DNA of 34,717 nt, from assembly GCF_001194135.2 (NCBI RefSeq), contig NC_068999.1, positions 19,150,908-19,185,624 on the forward strand, in the 5' to 3' direction. Source of the stretch: Octopus bimaculoides. Lineage: Eukaryota. Within the stretch, counting starts at the first letter, position 1. Each line of letters opens with the position of its first letter. Positions 12,542 through 25,139 of the stretch are shown piece by piece. The position numbers were made by a program, and so were the translations under genes. Under the pieces are notes generated by a model. The model made no database searches, was not told the origin of the DNA, and saw only the letters and a program-made list of their open reading frames with translations.

Positions 12542-15500
12542 TACTGATAGTATTTGTTGTATTGTAATGTTGAACTTGTTCATACATTTCTGATATTTGC
12601 CTCGCTGATTTCTAAAAATGTTTCAGCGTGTCAGAATGACACTAGAATATATATCCTTTCTAAAAATCTAGCGTTAATCGGATGTGAAGTCTACACCTAA
12701 ATATAGTAACATGTACATCACAAAACTTCAGTAAATTTATCGCTACGTGAATTATATATAGTACACTGCTGTGCCATATATATTCTTTATAAATACAGAA
12801 ATATATCTTAACAGTTATAAAAACAATTACCTATTGTAGCTTTTAGTAATATAATGATAATGCCCCTGTGAATATTTTTATCTTTGTGATTTGTAATATA
12901 GTACATTCTTTACATACGTAGTGTATAATATTGAATTATATAGGTGTATTATTTGTTATTAATTAAATCGTTCAGTGTGGACATTCTTTCCGTCAACTCC
13001 CGTCCGGCGATAGGAATAGATTCAGGATATTACCAAGGCTTCTTCCCTTAAAATGTTTCGAGCAACATGATGTTATAATACAATTATCTCTCTTTGGGAG
13101 GGGGGGCACGTCCTTGCAAGCATTTATCCCTATGTATTCGATGCTATCATAGCAGGAAAAACGAGCACTTGTAATCAGTGACATCCCGCACAAATATTTC
13201 GTTTCACGATTTGTTGAAGTTTACTTCGTTGCTCTCAGATTTAATTGGTATCATATAACTCGCTCCGCCTACATAATGCGGGATTTTACGCTTGTCTCTG
13301 CACTTCGCGGAGCCTCGTATTTATTTTCCCAACTTTCATGACAATCAATACTATATTGCTAATATAGTTACAAAGACAAAATATCCTGCTCGGATTGGAA
13401 TTATTGCACCACTAGCATCTTTCTTACACTGTACGTCCCACATAATTTGTGCATCTTCTCTCATGTGACATTTACGTCTTGTATTCCTAAGAAAAGTATT
13501 ACTCCAATACTAGGATTTTATTACATCCGATAATTTCATAATATCACGGTGTTTACTCATTACTGTTATATCATTAGGGGACTCAAATGATTCTTCTTCA
13601 CACAACTGTACCGCTATTTATTTGTACCATTTGAAAATGCGTGATTTATTTTTTTTTATCTTTTTTTTTTCAAATATATACATAATAATAATGATGTACA
13701 CCCGTTATGCCTCATATCCTCGACATTTCTGGAATTGTTTTAGTACATGAGCAAAATCTCGTACCGTAATATTCTGGCAAGCATATTCAGTAAATGTTTG
13801 ACTAATATCTACTTGAATAAGCTTGGAACTACCATTCTAGCCGCCTAAAAACAAAGCTTACTCTACCTGCAAGAGTATGAAATAAGCACACAATGCCTCA
13901 TGTTGCATTTTGCTGATCATTCCTTTCTTATGCTACTCAAATCAAGATTGTCTACTTCTAATGATTGGGTCATCGTCTTCTCCTGTTCCTTTTGACAATC
14001 TTTTATGTTAAAATTACTCTCCAACAAAAGCTCGAGAAGAAAGAGGAAAACAACAGACAGAAAGCGAAACAACGTTGGACTGAATAAATGGCCCAAATTC
14101 GAACACACCGTTTTTAAAATAACTAGTGGCATCTCAGGCAGTATTGCTTGCCAGGTTAACCACATAAATTCTCCATGAAATTTCATTTCATATAGTTAGT
14201 CTGTTGTGGAAGTAGTAGCTGCTGATTATATAAGTTTCTGTATGTAAAATACCCAACAGGATTTCAAAAGGCGAGATAAGTCCATTATTATAGTCTAGTG
14301 CCAGCATTACATAACTGATTTGCGGAAATACATGAGAATATTTTATATATATTCATTATATACCGATCGGTAGTATTACTCTTGTTCATGTTGTATTACT
14401 CTTTTTCTTAAACTGCAGCTAAATATCTTGATACACAGACAACCATAGACATTTATGATACTAAGTAAAACATAATGTTCAGTTTAGTTATTAGAGTTGC
14501 TTCCCCTTAAATTCATCATTATTCTGTTTTCTCACAATTCAGATGACATTTTAAAATGTAGTTTTCCTGACATCATACACCAGCGCTTGGAATTTGGTCC
14601 CGGCGTTATGTAACAGATTTATTTCGGATTTATAGTGCAAATAGTGGACTGATGCCTTTCATTGATATTCACCATTGTTATTTCGTGTTTGCAAAATGGG
14701 TAAACATTTCTGTCTGCTATATTTTCTTGCGTACGGATGAATAATTATTTCTTCAGAACCAAACTAATTGTAGCAAATACGCTAATTCTCTAAGGTATTT
14801 TCCCGAATGCTTTTGTGCGATTATTGATATTGTGGATCACATTTCCCATGCTGCTATGCTACAATCAACATTTACTGTTACGACGAGGCGCGTTTGTTGC
14901 ATATCATTTTATATGTAGATATTTTTTTATAAATTGTGAATTACCATCGTGCAACCTGAATGACGGTAAATATATGACGGATCAGTCTGAGCCTAAAACT
15001 ACCAGACATTATCGTTGGTATCCTGTATAGTCCGAGAAATGTAACTGAGCCTCTATTAATAACGTGAATGGAACTAAACCACGTTTCTGTTTAATTATGT
15101 GAATTCATGGCCCGCTTTTAAGTTGCCATGAGTACTTCCATCGTTGACTCATTTCCTTCTCTACATTCCAGCAAGATTTACTCAAGTGATATGAAGCAAT
15201 ATTCAGGGTTCCGCGTCTGCAAACTGTTTGTCCATATATGCGTTCAATCCCCATTCGAAAGGAATCAAGTCAATATCATTACTTCATTGAATTACGGGAT
15301 AGTGTTCTTTATTTAATAAGTTTTAAAATTCAATTTGAGGATGATTTTGATTGCCCAGTATGCTACACAAACATTAAGAGTATACCTAGCACTGGAAGTA
15401 AACTACGGGGTTGACTACGAAATATGTGAGTATATTCTAACAAAATTTCTTTACACTATTCCGGCTGTATACCATCATGAATATTAAAGTACTGTTATTC

Positions 15501-15794
15501 TACAGAATATTACCCACAACAGATTTACGCTATCAAGAAAAGTTTGTGGGTGACAAATTTATTTGTATTCCACAAATTTAACATAAATACTTAGACTTGC
15601 CCGCAAAGAGATTCCAAGTTATACGCTACAACGTTGACCATTAAATGCAGACTCTGTAATTTGCCTCTTCAGCGTGTAATTATTGTAGTTCTCTACTACA
15701 CTGCATTTTTCATAGCATAAGCAGGAGTAGACAGAATATTGACGCAGTATATTGATTTCAATTAATCGGATGTCGGATATATTAACACGCCTAT

Positions 15795-15985
15795 ATACGT
15801 ATGTGTGTGAGTGTATTCATATATGTATATACATACATACACATATACAGACACAGAGAGATAGACAGTTACATTATGTATGTTTTAGTTAGTTAATTAG
15901 ATAGGAAGGTGGGTAGGTAGATACGTAGGTAGGTAGGTAGGTAGGTACGTACGTACGTACGTAAGTAGGTAGGTATGTACGTAGC
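15795..15985. repeat. Compound simple repeat (TA/CA, GGTA, CGTA)
   Basis: Direct read. Confidence 0.85.
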
Positions 15986-17079
15986 TAAATACCTAATTAT
16001 GTGTACATTAGCACATATATTTATGTAAGATTAGTTCCATTATTTAAAAATCTAGCTATTAACAAAATGGCAGCGTATTAGATAAAAACATCACTAAGGT
16101 TATATTTCATATGGTAATGAATGACTGCCAAATTAACGTCCAATATATTCTAATAAATTAATAATATTCACACGTATATACAACGATCATCACATTATGA
16201 ATCATTCATGAAATTCTCTTCAAGTAACAACAAGGATCTGCCATGAACAATATTTGGATACTTAAAAATACATTTAATCAAACTTAACATTCAAAATATA
16301 ATCTAAATGATAAATACACTAAAGAGAAAATGAAGGCATTGTGGTGCAGACAAGTAGGCGTAAGGTTTGACGAATATAATATATTATATTCCTTCATTAC
16401 ACATCTTATCTGATATGGATTTTCTATTGTCCGTATGAAAAATTCCAAAATATATTATATCAACAAATCTCCTGAATATCGTGCCAATATTCTCTGTTGT
16501 GATCGACGTCACTCCTTGAATTTTATAAATGATAATTATCGGATCTTAATCATCATACTCAACTTATTTATGCATGTCATTGGTATCATTGTACTTATAA
16601 TAAAATATCCTTGACACTTACGTTTAAATAAAATGGATTTTGATTTAGCGTTGGCGTACAGGCTACTTCTCTCATACAACACTTTATTCGTTCAACTAGT
16701 TATTTCTATAAGCGTGCTCATTACGGAAAATACTGTAAAATAGAAGTATCGTTGACAATTTGAACTCGTACATCAAATACGCACCAATTTTCATGAATGA
16801 AATAAAAGATTGTATGTTAATTGATATGGTTTCATAACTTAATATCACACGCATACGTAAATATGCATACATTCACACACACATACACTAACACACACAT
16901 ACATATGTGTGTGTATATTATGTATGTATTTAAATGGAGAGAGAAAGAGAGAGTGAAAGAAACAACGAGCAAGAGAACTTCATCTCGCTTACTATTCATG
17001 ATATAAAATGCATTTCATTGGGTAAATTTTGTTTAGCATTATTTTCTGATGCATAAACTTACTCAATATTTCTTGGTGG

Positions 17080-17481
17080 TTACAAATTGCTTCCTCGTTT
17101 TACTGGTGTCAGAGAAACTGTACATGAGTAATTCGACTGATAATGAAATATGAATGTGTTAAATATATTGTGTAGGTTCTCAGTTGTTATCCATTCTCGG
17201 TTTGAAATATCAAAATTGAAAACCTTAGATTTCTGAGAATTCAAATATACGAAAATTAGTGTGACATTGCAGTTATTTGATAATGGTCGCCAATTGCAGA
17301 CATGCTTATGCGCTGAAAACAAGCCTGTGGTCTCTACTCCTATATAATTGAAACTACATTCTATATTGGCAGCAGACGAACAAATCAATGTATCTACTTG
17401 GTCAGATAGTAAGGGCCCTGTAATTATAAGGATATTGATATAATTAGCATTCTTCTCTTCAAAAAATGTAGGTGTATTCAT
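17080..17481 (-). other. 133-aa ORF; possible exon or pseudo-exon of an extracellular repeat-domain (FN3-like?) protein
   Basis: Longest ORF in the track not explained by microsatellite, gap or transposon. It has N-glycosylation sequons (NVT, NYS), candidate acceptors (aattacag before 17417; cttgttttcag before 17312) and a GTAAGT donor at 17062-17057. It shares ITTEN-x3-IF-x2-F with the frame at 16545-16384. No consistent gene model could be built. Confidence 0.3.
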
Positions 17482-17583
17482 AGTTAGATATTACATGGTG
17501 TTATAATCTAGTTGATATTACATTTCGGTTATTATTATATTTTCAGTGATATATTTTAGATCATTGTATAATAAAGGAGACAT

Positions 17584-17621
<38 letters not shown>

Positions 17622-17660
17622 AAGACAAAGAGAGAGAGAGAGAAAGAAAGAGATAGAGAG
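17584..17660. repeat. (GA)n-rich microsatellite
   Basis: Direct read. Confidence 0.9.
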
Positions 17661-18254
17661 GGAATCAAATAAACAGAATACTCAATTCTTTACAAGGAAA
17701 CTAAATTTCTATAATCATACATAAAGAAATTATACTTGAATAACAAATGACAGATGTGGTATTATTTCCGGGAGATTGTCTGACACATTAGTACGACTCG
17801 GGGCACTATTTCTTTCATCGTTTTCAATACTATATGTCAATAATATAATAACAATTATGAAACAAAACGAACAAACACAATTATGGATATTCATGTTCAC
17901 TGATTGAAATTTGTATGTAGTAAATACTACCAAAACAATGCTGTTTGAAACAATATGGTACAAGATATGAAAGTGAAAAACAGCGAGTGGTGTGATTTCA
18001 AACACGTATGCTATTCTTATAATTTAATTGAGAAGGGATATGTTTATGAGGGATATTATGTTCGCTCACTGAAATGTAAAGGATAGTCTTTAGTGAACTT
18101 CTGAGCTGAAAATAATCTTCCCTTCTGTCTTGTGTTATCATCTGCATTAAAGCTCATTTACATATACTAATTTTGGCACAGATGTTCTCATCGAAGATTG
18201 CCCGACGACTGAACAGGCTGTACTGTCGGGAAATTGGTATATGGAGCTGTTGCT

Positions 18255-18294
18255 TATGTCAACCTGTAATTATATATGTCAACCTGTAATTATA
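18255..18294. repeat. Perfect 20-bp tandem duplication (tatgtcaacctgtaattata x2)
   Basis: 18255-18274 is identical to 18275-18294. Confidence 0.95.
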
Positions 18295-21200
18295 CAAGTT
18301 ACACAAATACATATTTCGTGGGTTATTTGTTAAGGTTATTTCTACAGATATTCTATAGAAATTATACCCAGCACTGATTTTTGCAAATACGTTTCATACA
18401 CGAGACGTCAAATGTAATCAAGTAAAAAGATCAAAGACGTCAAATGGCTAATGGGGGTATATGCCTTATTTCGTGGGATTTTGCTTATTCATCAGTACCC
18501 GTCAGATGTAAGATATGACATATACACCCAGTATATTATGGTTGCATAACGAAATACCACGAAACTACAAATAATAATTATTTCGCGGGAAATGTTTACA
18601 AGCCTGCCTTGAATTTGACTACTCCATGACCAACATCCTATGTGAAACACTTGAATTCGAGGATACATTTTGAATCTGACGTTGGTGTTATTTCAATTTG
18701 AGAATTTTAGATTATTTTATTTTATGTTTATTTCAATATTATTTAAAACAACTGTTTACACGTGTAGCTCTGGAAAGGGATGCGATAGCAACCAATGACT
18801 CAGTCCCAGTTACTGTCTCTTGCTACAATGATGATTGCGCTTTTACATTTCTCATAGACAAGAATCATACACGTAAAATGCTTAGTACTCTTGTTCTATA
18901 CTACGAATCAGATTGATACGAGATACACTCACACAAGTCGTATAGCCACTTACATATCTGGTGATATTCTGAGAATATCAAGTCTTGAAAATATATCTGT
19001 AAAATTCGTCTGTGTGGCACATCTGGACTAAGCATATTTCAAAATATAGTAAGACGTTAACCGCCTGGCAGCATTTCAGGTTTCAGTTTAGTGAAATATC
19101 TCTGACCACAATGCTGAAGGACTGTAACACAAGCACATGGACACACGAGCTGTAGATCAATTTTGCATGTGTTGTCTAGTCACGCGACGTCGCCTTTTCC
19201 ATATAGACTGTCCGTCTCAATGCAGCACGCGCAATGGCATTCCTAAGCAAGGACCTTGTCCACACTTTTAAGGACATACAATTAAATATTGGGGTGAAAA
19301 TCATATATTGTATATCCCTCCGCGATATTGCCTTGACAATTACTCTGGGAAGAAAGCAATATATTTCATGGTATGCCTGGCAGACCTTCTTCACTTTATA
19401 TTTCTTCCAGCTGGTTTCCTTTCACTTACTCCATTATCAGACACTGTCAGCAATAATATTACGGTATTCTTTTCGTTAGAATTCATTTCGACGTTCATAC
19501 TGCATTTAGTTTTCTCTTTTTAATTTTCATTTAATGTTTTCAAAACTAATCGTCTCTGTGTCTTCTTTTGTAAACTTTTAAGTTTCTAAGCTCGGAGCAC
19601 TGTCTGTGTGTTTCATTCTTATTTTATTTTCCTTTCAAAATAACTTGAAAGCGCTTTATATTTTTTTACATTGCCACTACCATAACTGTGCTAAATGTTT
19701 CTTCTCTCTACTTATGAGGCAGCCATCTTGCTACGCTTGTAAATAATGCAGCTTTTTTTCTTTAAAAATGTGTAAATATTTAGAATATCTAAAGACCAAC
19801 GTTTCCTCTGGCGTAGATAACACGGAAGATATTCAAATGCTCCGGAGATCTTTGATAGTTGATATAAAATACAAAAGAGAGAAAATACGGAAATTCTGGA
19901 TAAGAATATTTTCTACATACAATTCTGTGAAGTCTAACTTTTCACAGTTAACTGTGAAAAACAACAGAAATAAGAATTGATTTTATTATTGTCTCTTGAT
20001 TAAATACAATGGAATAATATATACGGTTGTGCGCCGAAGATGAAGCCTTCGGCACGCATTCGGTCTCGGCGGCTTATGGATTAGAATCTTACGGATGTTA
20101 AATTTCCCTTTCCTTCTACAGGGCTTAATAAACAAAAAAAAATTGTTAACATTGCTGTCGATGTAATTAACCCTTTCTTTCCGGAAATATCAAGCGTAAT
20201 ATTAATATTGGTCTTGTTATTATGGTTGTAATTATTATTTTTATTGCTATTATTATCAGCATATCAGCTTTTGTCACCATATGTATTACCAAATCAGTTG
20301 TAGGAATAATATTTCCTTTTACGTAAGCAAACGCACCAATTAACGCTGTACAGTATTTGGCTAATTAACAAGTGTAACTCGAGCATAAATCGTTTATTTT
20401 AGAATATATTTGTTATCAATATTTGCTGGAATATAAACCATGTATGAAATAATGTGTAAAAAAGTAAGCAATAAATCGTGTTTATCAGCTTATAAGCATT
20501 TAATTGTATTTTCTATCGGTTTCTTACCAACGAAGATAGATACGAGCCATAGTGACAAATACTCACGCCCATTAATTCAACAGTATTTAACGTGACAAAA
20601 TGAATTGATGTAAATGAAATCTTAGTTAATTATACAGCAATACGTAAACATTTCAGCGAGGAAATACGATTTGACTCACAGATGATATATTGGCACGAAC
20701 ATAAACAGAATTTATCATTCACGAGCAAAACCAGTGACATTAACATCTACAATGTTGACGCAAACATATTCTGCTGAGCGGGAATAATTCGAAGTTTTAA
20801 TCTTAACCCCAAATGTAAATCATAATGTTGGTAGACTGTGCGACTGTAATTACATCACTATGCATCCAAACCATCAGCCTTTTCTTACACGTACAATGTA
20901 ACTCCATTTCAGAAAAAAAAAATACGTAACGTATCTTTATTAAATTTCTAAATATGCAAAAGCAGGTACCTTCCCTATTTTTCTAGTCATTAAACAATGT
21001 CCAGAAAGAGGAATACTGTCACAGCGATGAACTTATACAAGAAAACGATTCTAGATCTGTGGTCCATATTGAGTACATGGGGAAGGGCAATTGAACTGCC
21101 GTACAAGGCAAGGCCAGGCTTCTTCCCCCAAGGAAGTAATTGTTATTTAGAACATCTATCCAATATAAGCTAACTATAGATGAAATTTTTTCAAAACGTT

Positions 21201-21687
21201 TTGCATTTTGTACAATCTTTATAATCCTTTGTGTATAAGTTTAATATCTTGTGTCCTAACTTTGCTGGTTTTGTTTTGTATATGTATCACAAATCAAATT
21301 ACTCTTAGTAGCATTGTTCGGTGATTGTATACAGAATGTGGTGTGTTGTGTTGTAGTGTGTTACTGTTTCGAAATTCTATAGACTGGCAGTTAGTGGAAC
21401 ACTGGTGTAATAAATTCGTGTGTTCGAGTGTAAGTCCATTACTTATGTTACCTAATTAGATTGTCACTGTCTACAAACTATTCTGAGTTATGTGCTGCTA
21501 ATTTTGTAGTGTGGGAACCCTATGTGGTGTTCGTGTTATATTATTGGCTAGTCATGCTTAAAACCGTTTGCCGTGTTTGTTATAGTTTTTTGTCATTACT
21601 TAACACCTTGTGAGTTTTAAAAACTTGTTTGTTTAGAATTTAAAAAGAAAATGTAGCATTGTATTTTTACTCAGCACATTTTTCCAG

Positions 21688-23150
21688 ATGTCGCAATAAC
21701 TGGATATTGTGTGTCTATGGTAACTAGTATAAATTATGTCGATCCTAACGTTATATAAAATGCTACGGGAAAACGCAGGGAAGTGGAAGTTGAAAATATA
21801 GAGTCAAATAATCCATTCATTTTTACAGCCGAGAGAATTCTTCCTTTGTTTCAGAATGATAGTTACGAGAACAAACAGATACGACAAGAACAACAACAAA
21901 TGTAACAATCTGGTAGTTGTCCTTTGACACTTCTATTCGTACCTGCAGCATCTAAAAATTCAAGTACATCTAACAGCAAACATCACTTATATGAGTAAAG
22001 CAAACGATATTTGGAGGAAAGCAAGAAAGTCTCTTCTGTCACACTAATGACTACAAATATATTGATAACAGCGCACCGACGATAAAGATGCGACGTTTGC
22101 CAAACGCACACATTTATGGCGGGAATATATGTTTTCTAAATATAACATTCATTGATGAATTATAAAATAAATAATTATATATTCATCACGTCTTCATTCG
22201 AAATGGTAGTAATTACCACAAAACTGGGGTCACTACAAATACATTAGCAGCAAACCAAGAAAGTGGGTTTACATAGTATAATGGACATGTGGCAGCATCC
22301 AATGCTGAGAATGAGCAAATCATGTATGCATTTTCGAACGGTATTTCTTAATATTATTCTACACAGAAGAGAATAACTTGCACAATAAATGGGGATGTTG
22401 TCGACGCGATATTAGCCCAATGTAATTGAACATATCTGGAGTGATTGAAATATTGCTTTTGAATTATAAATAAAAAAAAACTGCCATATTTATTAGAAGT
22501 AGGGGCAGAAAGTTGCTGGTGCTACGCACACAGTTCTACAATCCACCACTAAGGCATAATTATACAGCAATCACATAAATTTCAATATAACAGCAGCTTT
22601 TTGCACTGAGAGGCTGGCATTAGCAACTAGACATGCTGTAAGAGCGATGGCAATAAATTGTGCACCTCAAATGAAAACTATAGCCAGGATGTGATAATGG
22701 AGTACAATTACCTTTCGAAAATGTGTTTTCCCAAATATTCAGTCCTACTTGCAACAGCATGAATAGAAACAAAACGCATATACTCCTATCGGTCTTCTAG
22801 CAGCTGACAGCCACTTCCGACTGAGATTCAAATGACAAGAAGAATGATGGCGTTATATTTGCTTGGAAATAATGGACATAAATTTGAGCATAACCCGCAT
22901 CAGTCACATATTGTGAGATAGATGGCAAGCAACGAGGTAGGCCATAGACTCAACACGTCACTTTAAAGCGTAAAATCAAGGTCACTCTATCATCAGCATT
23001 AACCACATTAATGACAATCAAATCAAGGCTACCCTTATTTTGGTCAAAGCATCAATCAGAGTATATAGAATAATGAAACACCTACCACTTCCAAGAAGTA
23101 AGATAAAACTAACCATCAAGGGAAACTACAAAACAGTTATCATATCAACA
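21688..23150 (+). mobile_element. Degenerate piggyBac-family transposase fossil
   Basis: Plus-strand pieces in piggyBac order: DIWRK (~22007), EMVVITTKLGSLQ then a frameshift to YISSKPRKW (22200-22266; compare DEQMVPFKG..LKQYIPxKPxKWG), AGATHTVLQ / PLRHNY (22515-22565; compare LGASGNxVLRL..P..HNYKxYxDN), VRAMAINCAP (compare GTVRxNR..xCP), KQRGRP (22927-22944). Many stops and deletions; no matching TIR pair identified. Confidence 0.6.
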
Positions 23151-24518
23151 TATTAAAATAGTTCACATGTCCACTGACAAATAAAAACTGGCCTGATGAA
23201 ATGCATAAAGATTGCAAAGCAAAGCGATGCCACTACTCATAATGAATAGAATAAGCATGTGAGAGATTATTACAATCACGTGAATATGTTCAGTTATAGA
23301 GCAGTTTCTTCAATGAGGAAGAAGCTCTTGTTTGATCCGCAAATTTCATGAATGATATTTAATGCATGTCAGTGAATTGCAATTCTGTTATATCGTACAA
23401 GAACGAATAATTTCATGAGCCTTTGACTAATAATGGTTTTCATAAATAAATGTACATTATAAATACGCATTATATACACATGCACATGTATGTATATACA
23501 CGAATGGTTATGACCAACAACATATGAAATCATGTCCCTGTTAAGCTTAACACTCCCGAATGATTTCTGTGGTAGGAGCAAATTAAGCGTTAATGAAAAA
23601 TATTACCTTTTAGATGTTTCACATTATAGAATATTTGGGAAAATAGTCTTAAATATTCAAACAATCAAGGCCTTTAAATGCCCTGGACACTCGTCATTAT
23701 ACGGAGGTATTATAACGATTAATATGAAATAAATGATGTTGGGAGGGATTCCCATTCTTGGAATAGTCTTCATAGGAAGTTAAGCCGGTTATAATTTATA
23801 TACGAATTGCTAATTTTGCAGGAAAGCTTGCTGGAAAACGAAGTGTTAAAAATAAGAATGCTTAGCGGGAAAAATGCTGATAGGGTTAGTGCGACTTTAT
23901 AAATAAGGAAATAAAGAAAATGATTGTTGATAGATTTGTATGCTACAAAATATGTCAACAGTATTGTCTTAAGAGGACTATTCTCGGACATGCAACTTAG
24001 AATACGCCCCATCAGTTATAGGGTTTAAATATCCAGTCATCATCTGACGTGTATATCATGATGAGATAATACAGGGTATATGAAATTGGTGCATGCAAGT
24101 TTTGCTATGACTTGCACCCACGACTCACTGTAGGCTATTCGGTTTCAAAACTGGACCAACATAACTATGGTGTGAAAGACCTTATAAACGGTACGAAGAC
24201 AATCATATTTATACTTCTAGGTATTTTCCTTCAAACGAATTAACACACAAACACACCTATAAACACACACTCACTCGCACTCTACTCACACAGGCACACA
24301 AGCGCACATATATATATGAAATCATATATTTAAAATTCCTTCTGTGTATAAAATGACCGTCGTTTATAAAATTAGATGCCTAGCTTGATTTTGTTTCCTT
24401 TGAAACGCATGCAACACATTCCAATACAGGAAATTAAAAAAAAAGTGGCATAATTCGGAAACACATCGTATTAGTGCATTTTTCAATGACTGCGCAGAAT
24501 GTCACCCCGAAACCTGCA

Positions 24519-24597
24519 GGTGTCTTCTGATAGAGCCTCGGGCCGACCAAAGAATTGTGAACAGAGTTGATAGACAGAAGCTGACAAAAGCCCGTCC
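24519..24597 (+). mobile_element. Body fragment of a second SINE family
   Basis: ggtgtcttctgatagagcctcgggccgaccaaag...gatagacagaagctgacaaaagcccgtc resembles an abundant octopus SINE body as I recall it; not verified by search. Confidence 0.5.
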
Positions 24598-24909
24598 TCT
24601 ATGTCGTCATTTCATTAATCTGTAACATTCTCATTTTCCCTATTTGGCTTTGATGACGGAATATCCCAGAAAAAGCTGTAGGACTTTGAATATTTTCCAG
24701 TAATAATAATGTATATGACTTGACACGTTTGCCTTGATTTAACGTTTGTTGTCCTCTTTAACAATAACATATATCCGCTATATCCAAAATCGGCATAGGC
24801 TCCATGGCTACCGTCACGGCTACAACCTTGGAGCCCTAGAAATCTCTTATAGCACTTACATAGCGTCCGTGATCGTTTACATCAGATGTGAACTAAACAC
24901 CCATACTTT

Positions 24910-24980
24910 GTACACACACACACACACACACTCCCAAACACAATCACACACAGAGACACACGCACATACGCACACACATA
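24910..24980. repeat. (CA)n-rich microsatellite
   Basis: Direct read. Confidence 0.9.
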
Positions 24981-25065
24981 ATGTATGGATTATAATCTTA
25001 AAAAACAACGTGACTTGTGGATGCGCATAACGATGCATCAAAATATTAATGAATTCCAACCATGG

Positions 25066-25094
25066 ATTGTTATTATTATTATTATTATTATTAA

Positions 25095-25127
<33 letters not shown>

Positions 25128-25139
25128 CATTATTATTAT
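25066..25139. repeat. (TTA)n / (TAA)n trinucleotide microsatellite at the 3' end of the adjacent retrotransposon
   Basis: Direct read. Confidence 0.95.

Noticed and set aside
9098-12593. Long ORFs rich in IYIY/VCVC/HTHT/X (also at 25668-26124 and 33121-34067)
   Set aside because: Translations of TA/TG/CA microsatellites and N-gaps, which cannot contain stops; not genes.
12993-13340. Moderately GC-rich stretch with a 66-aa ORF
   Set aside because: No recognisable motif in the frames I examined; probably an unidentified decayed repeat.
18770-18871. Plus-strand exon-like peptide ALERDAIATNDSVPVTVSCYNDDCAFTFLIDKNHT; similar candidates at 15359-15425 (+), 10490-10660 (+), 13917-14030 (-), 17736-17830 (-)
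   Set aside because: Short frames with weak or inconsistent splice phases, no recognisable domain and no coherent gene model; expected by chance in 35 kb.
21059-21077. 15-bp inverted match to 1778-1792 (ctcaatatggaccac)
   Set aside because: The 1778-1800 sequence is explained as the decayed edge of the SINE and microsatellite; no extended homology.
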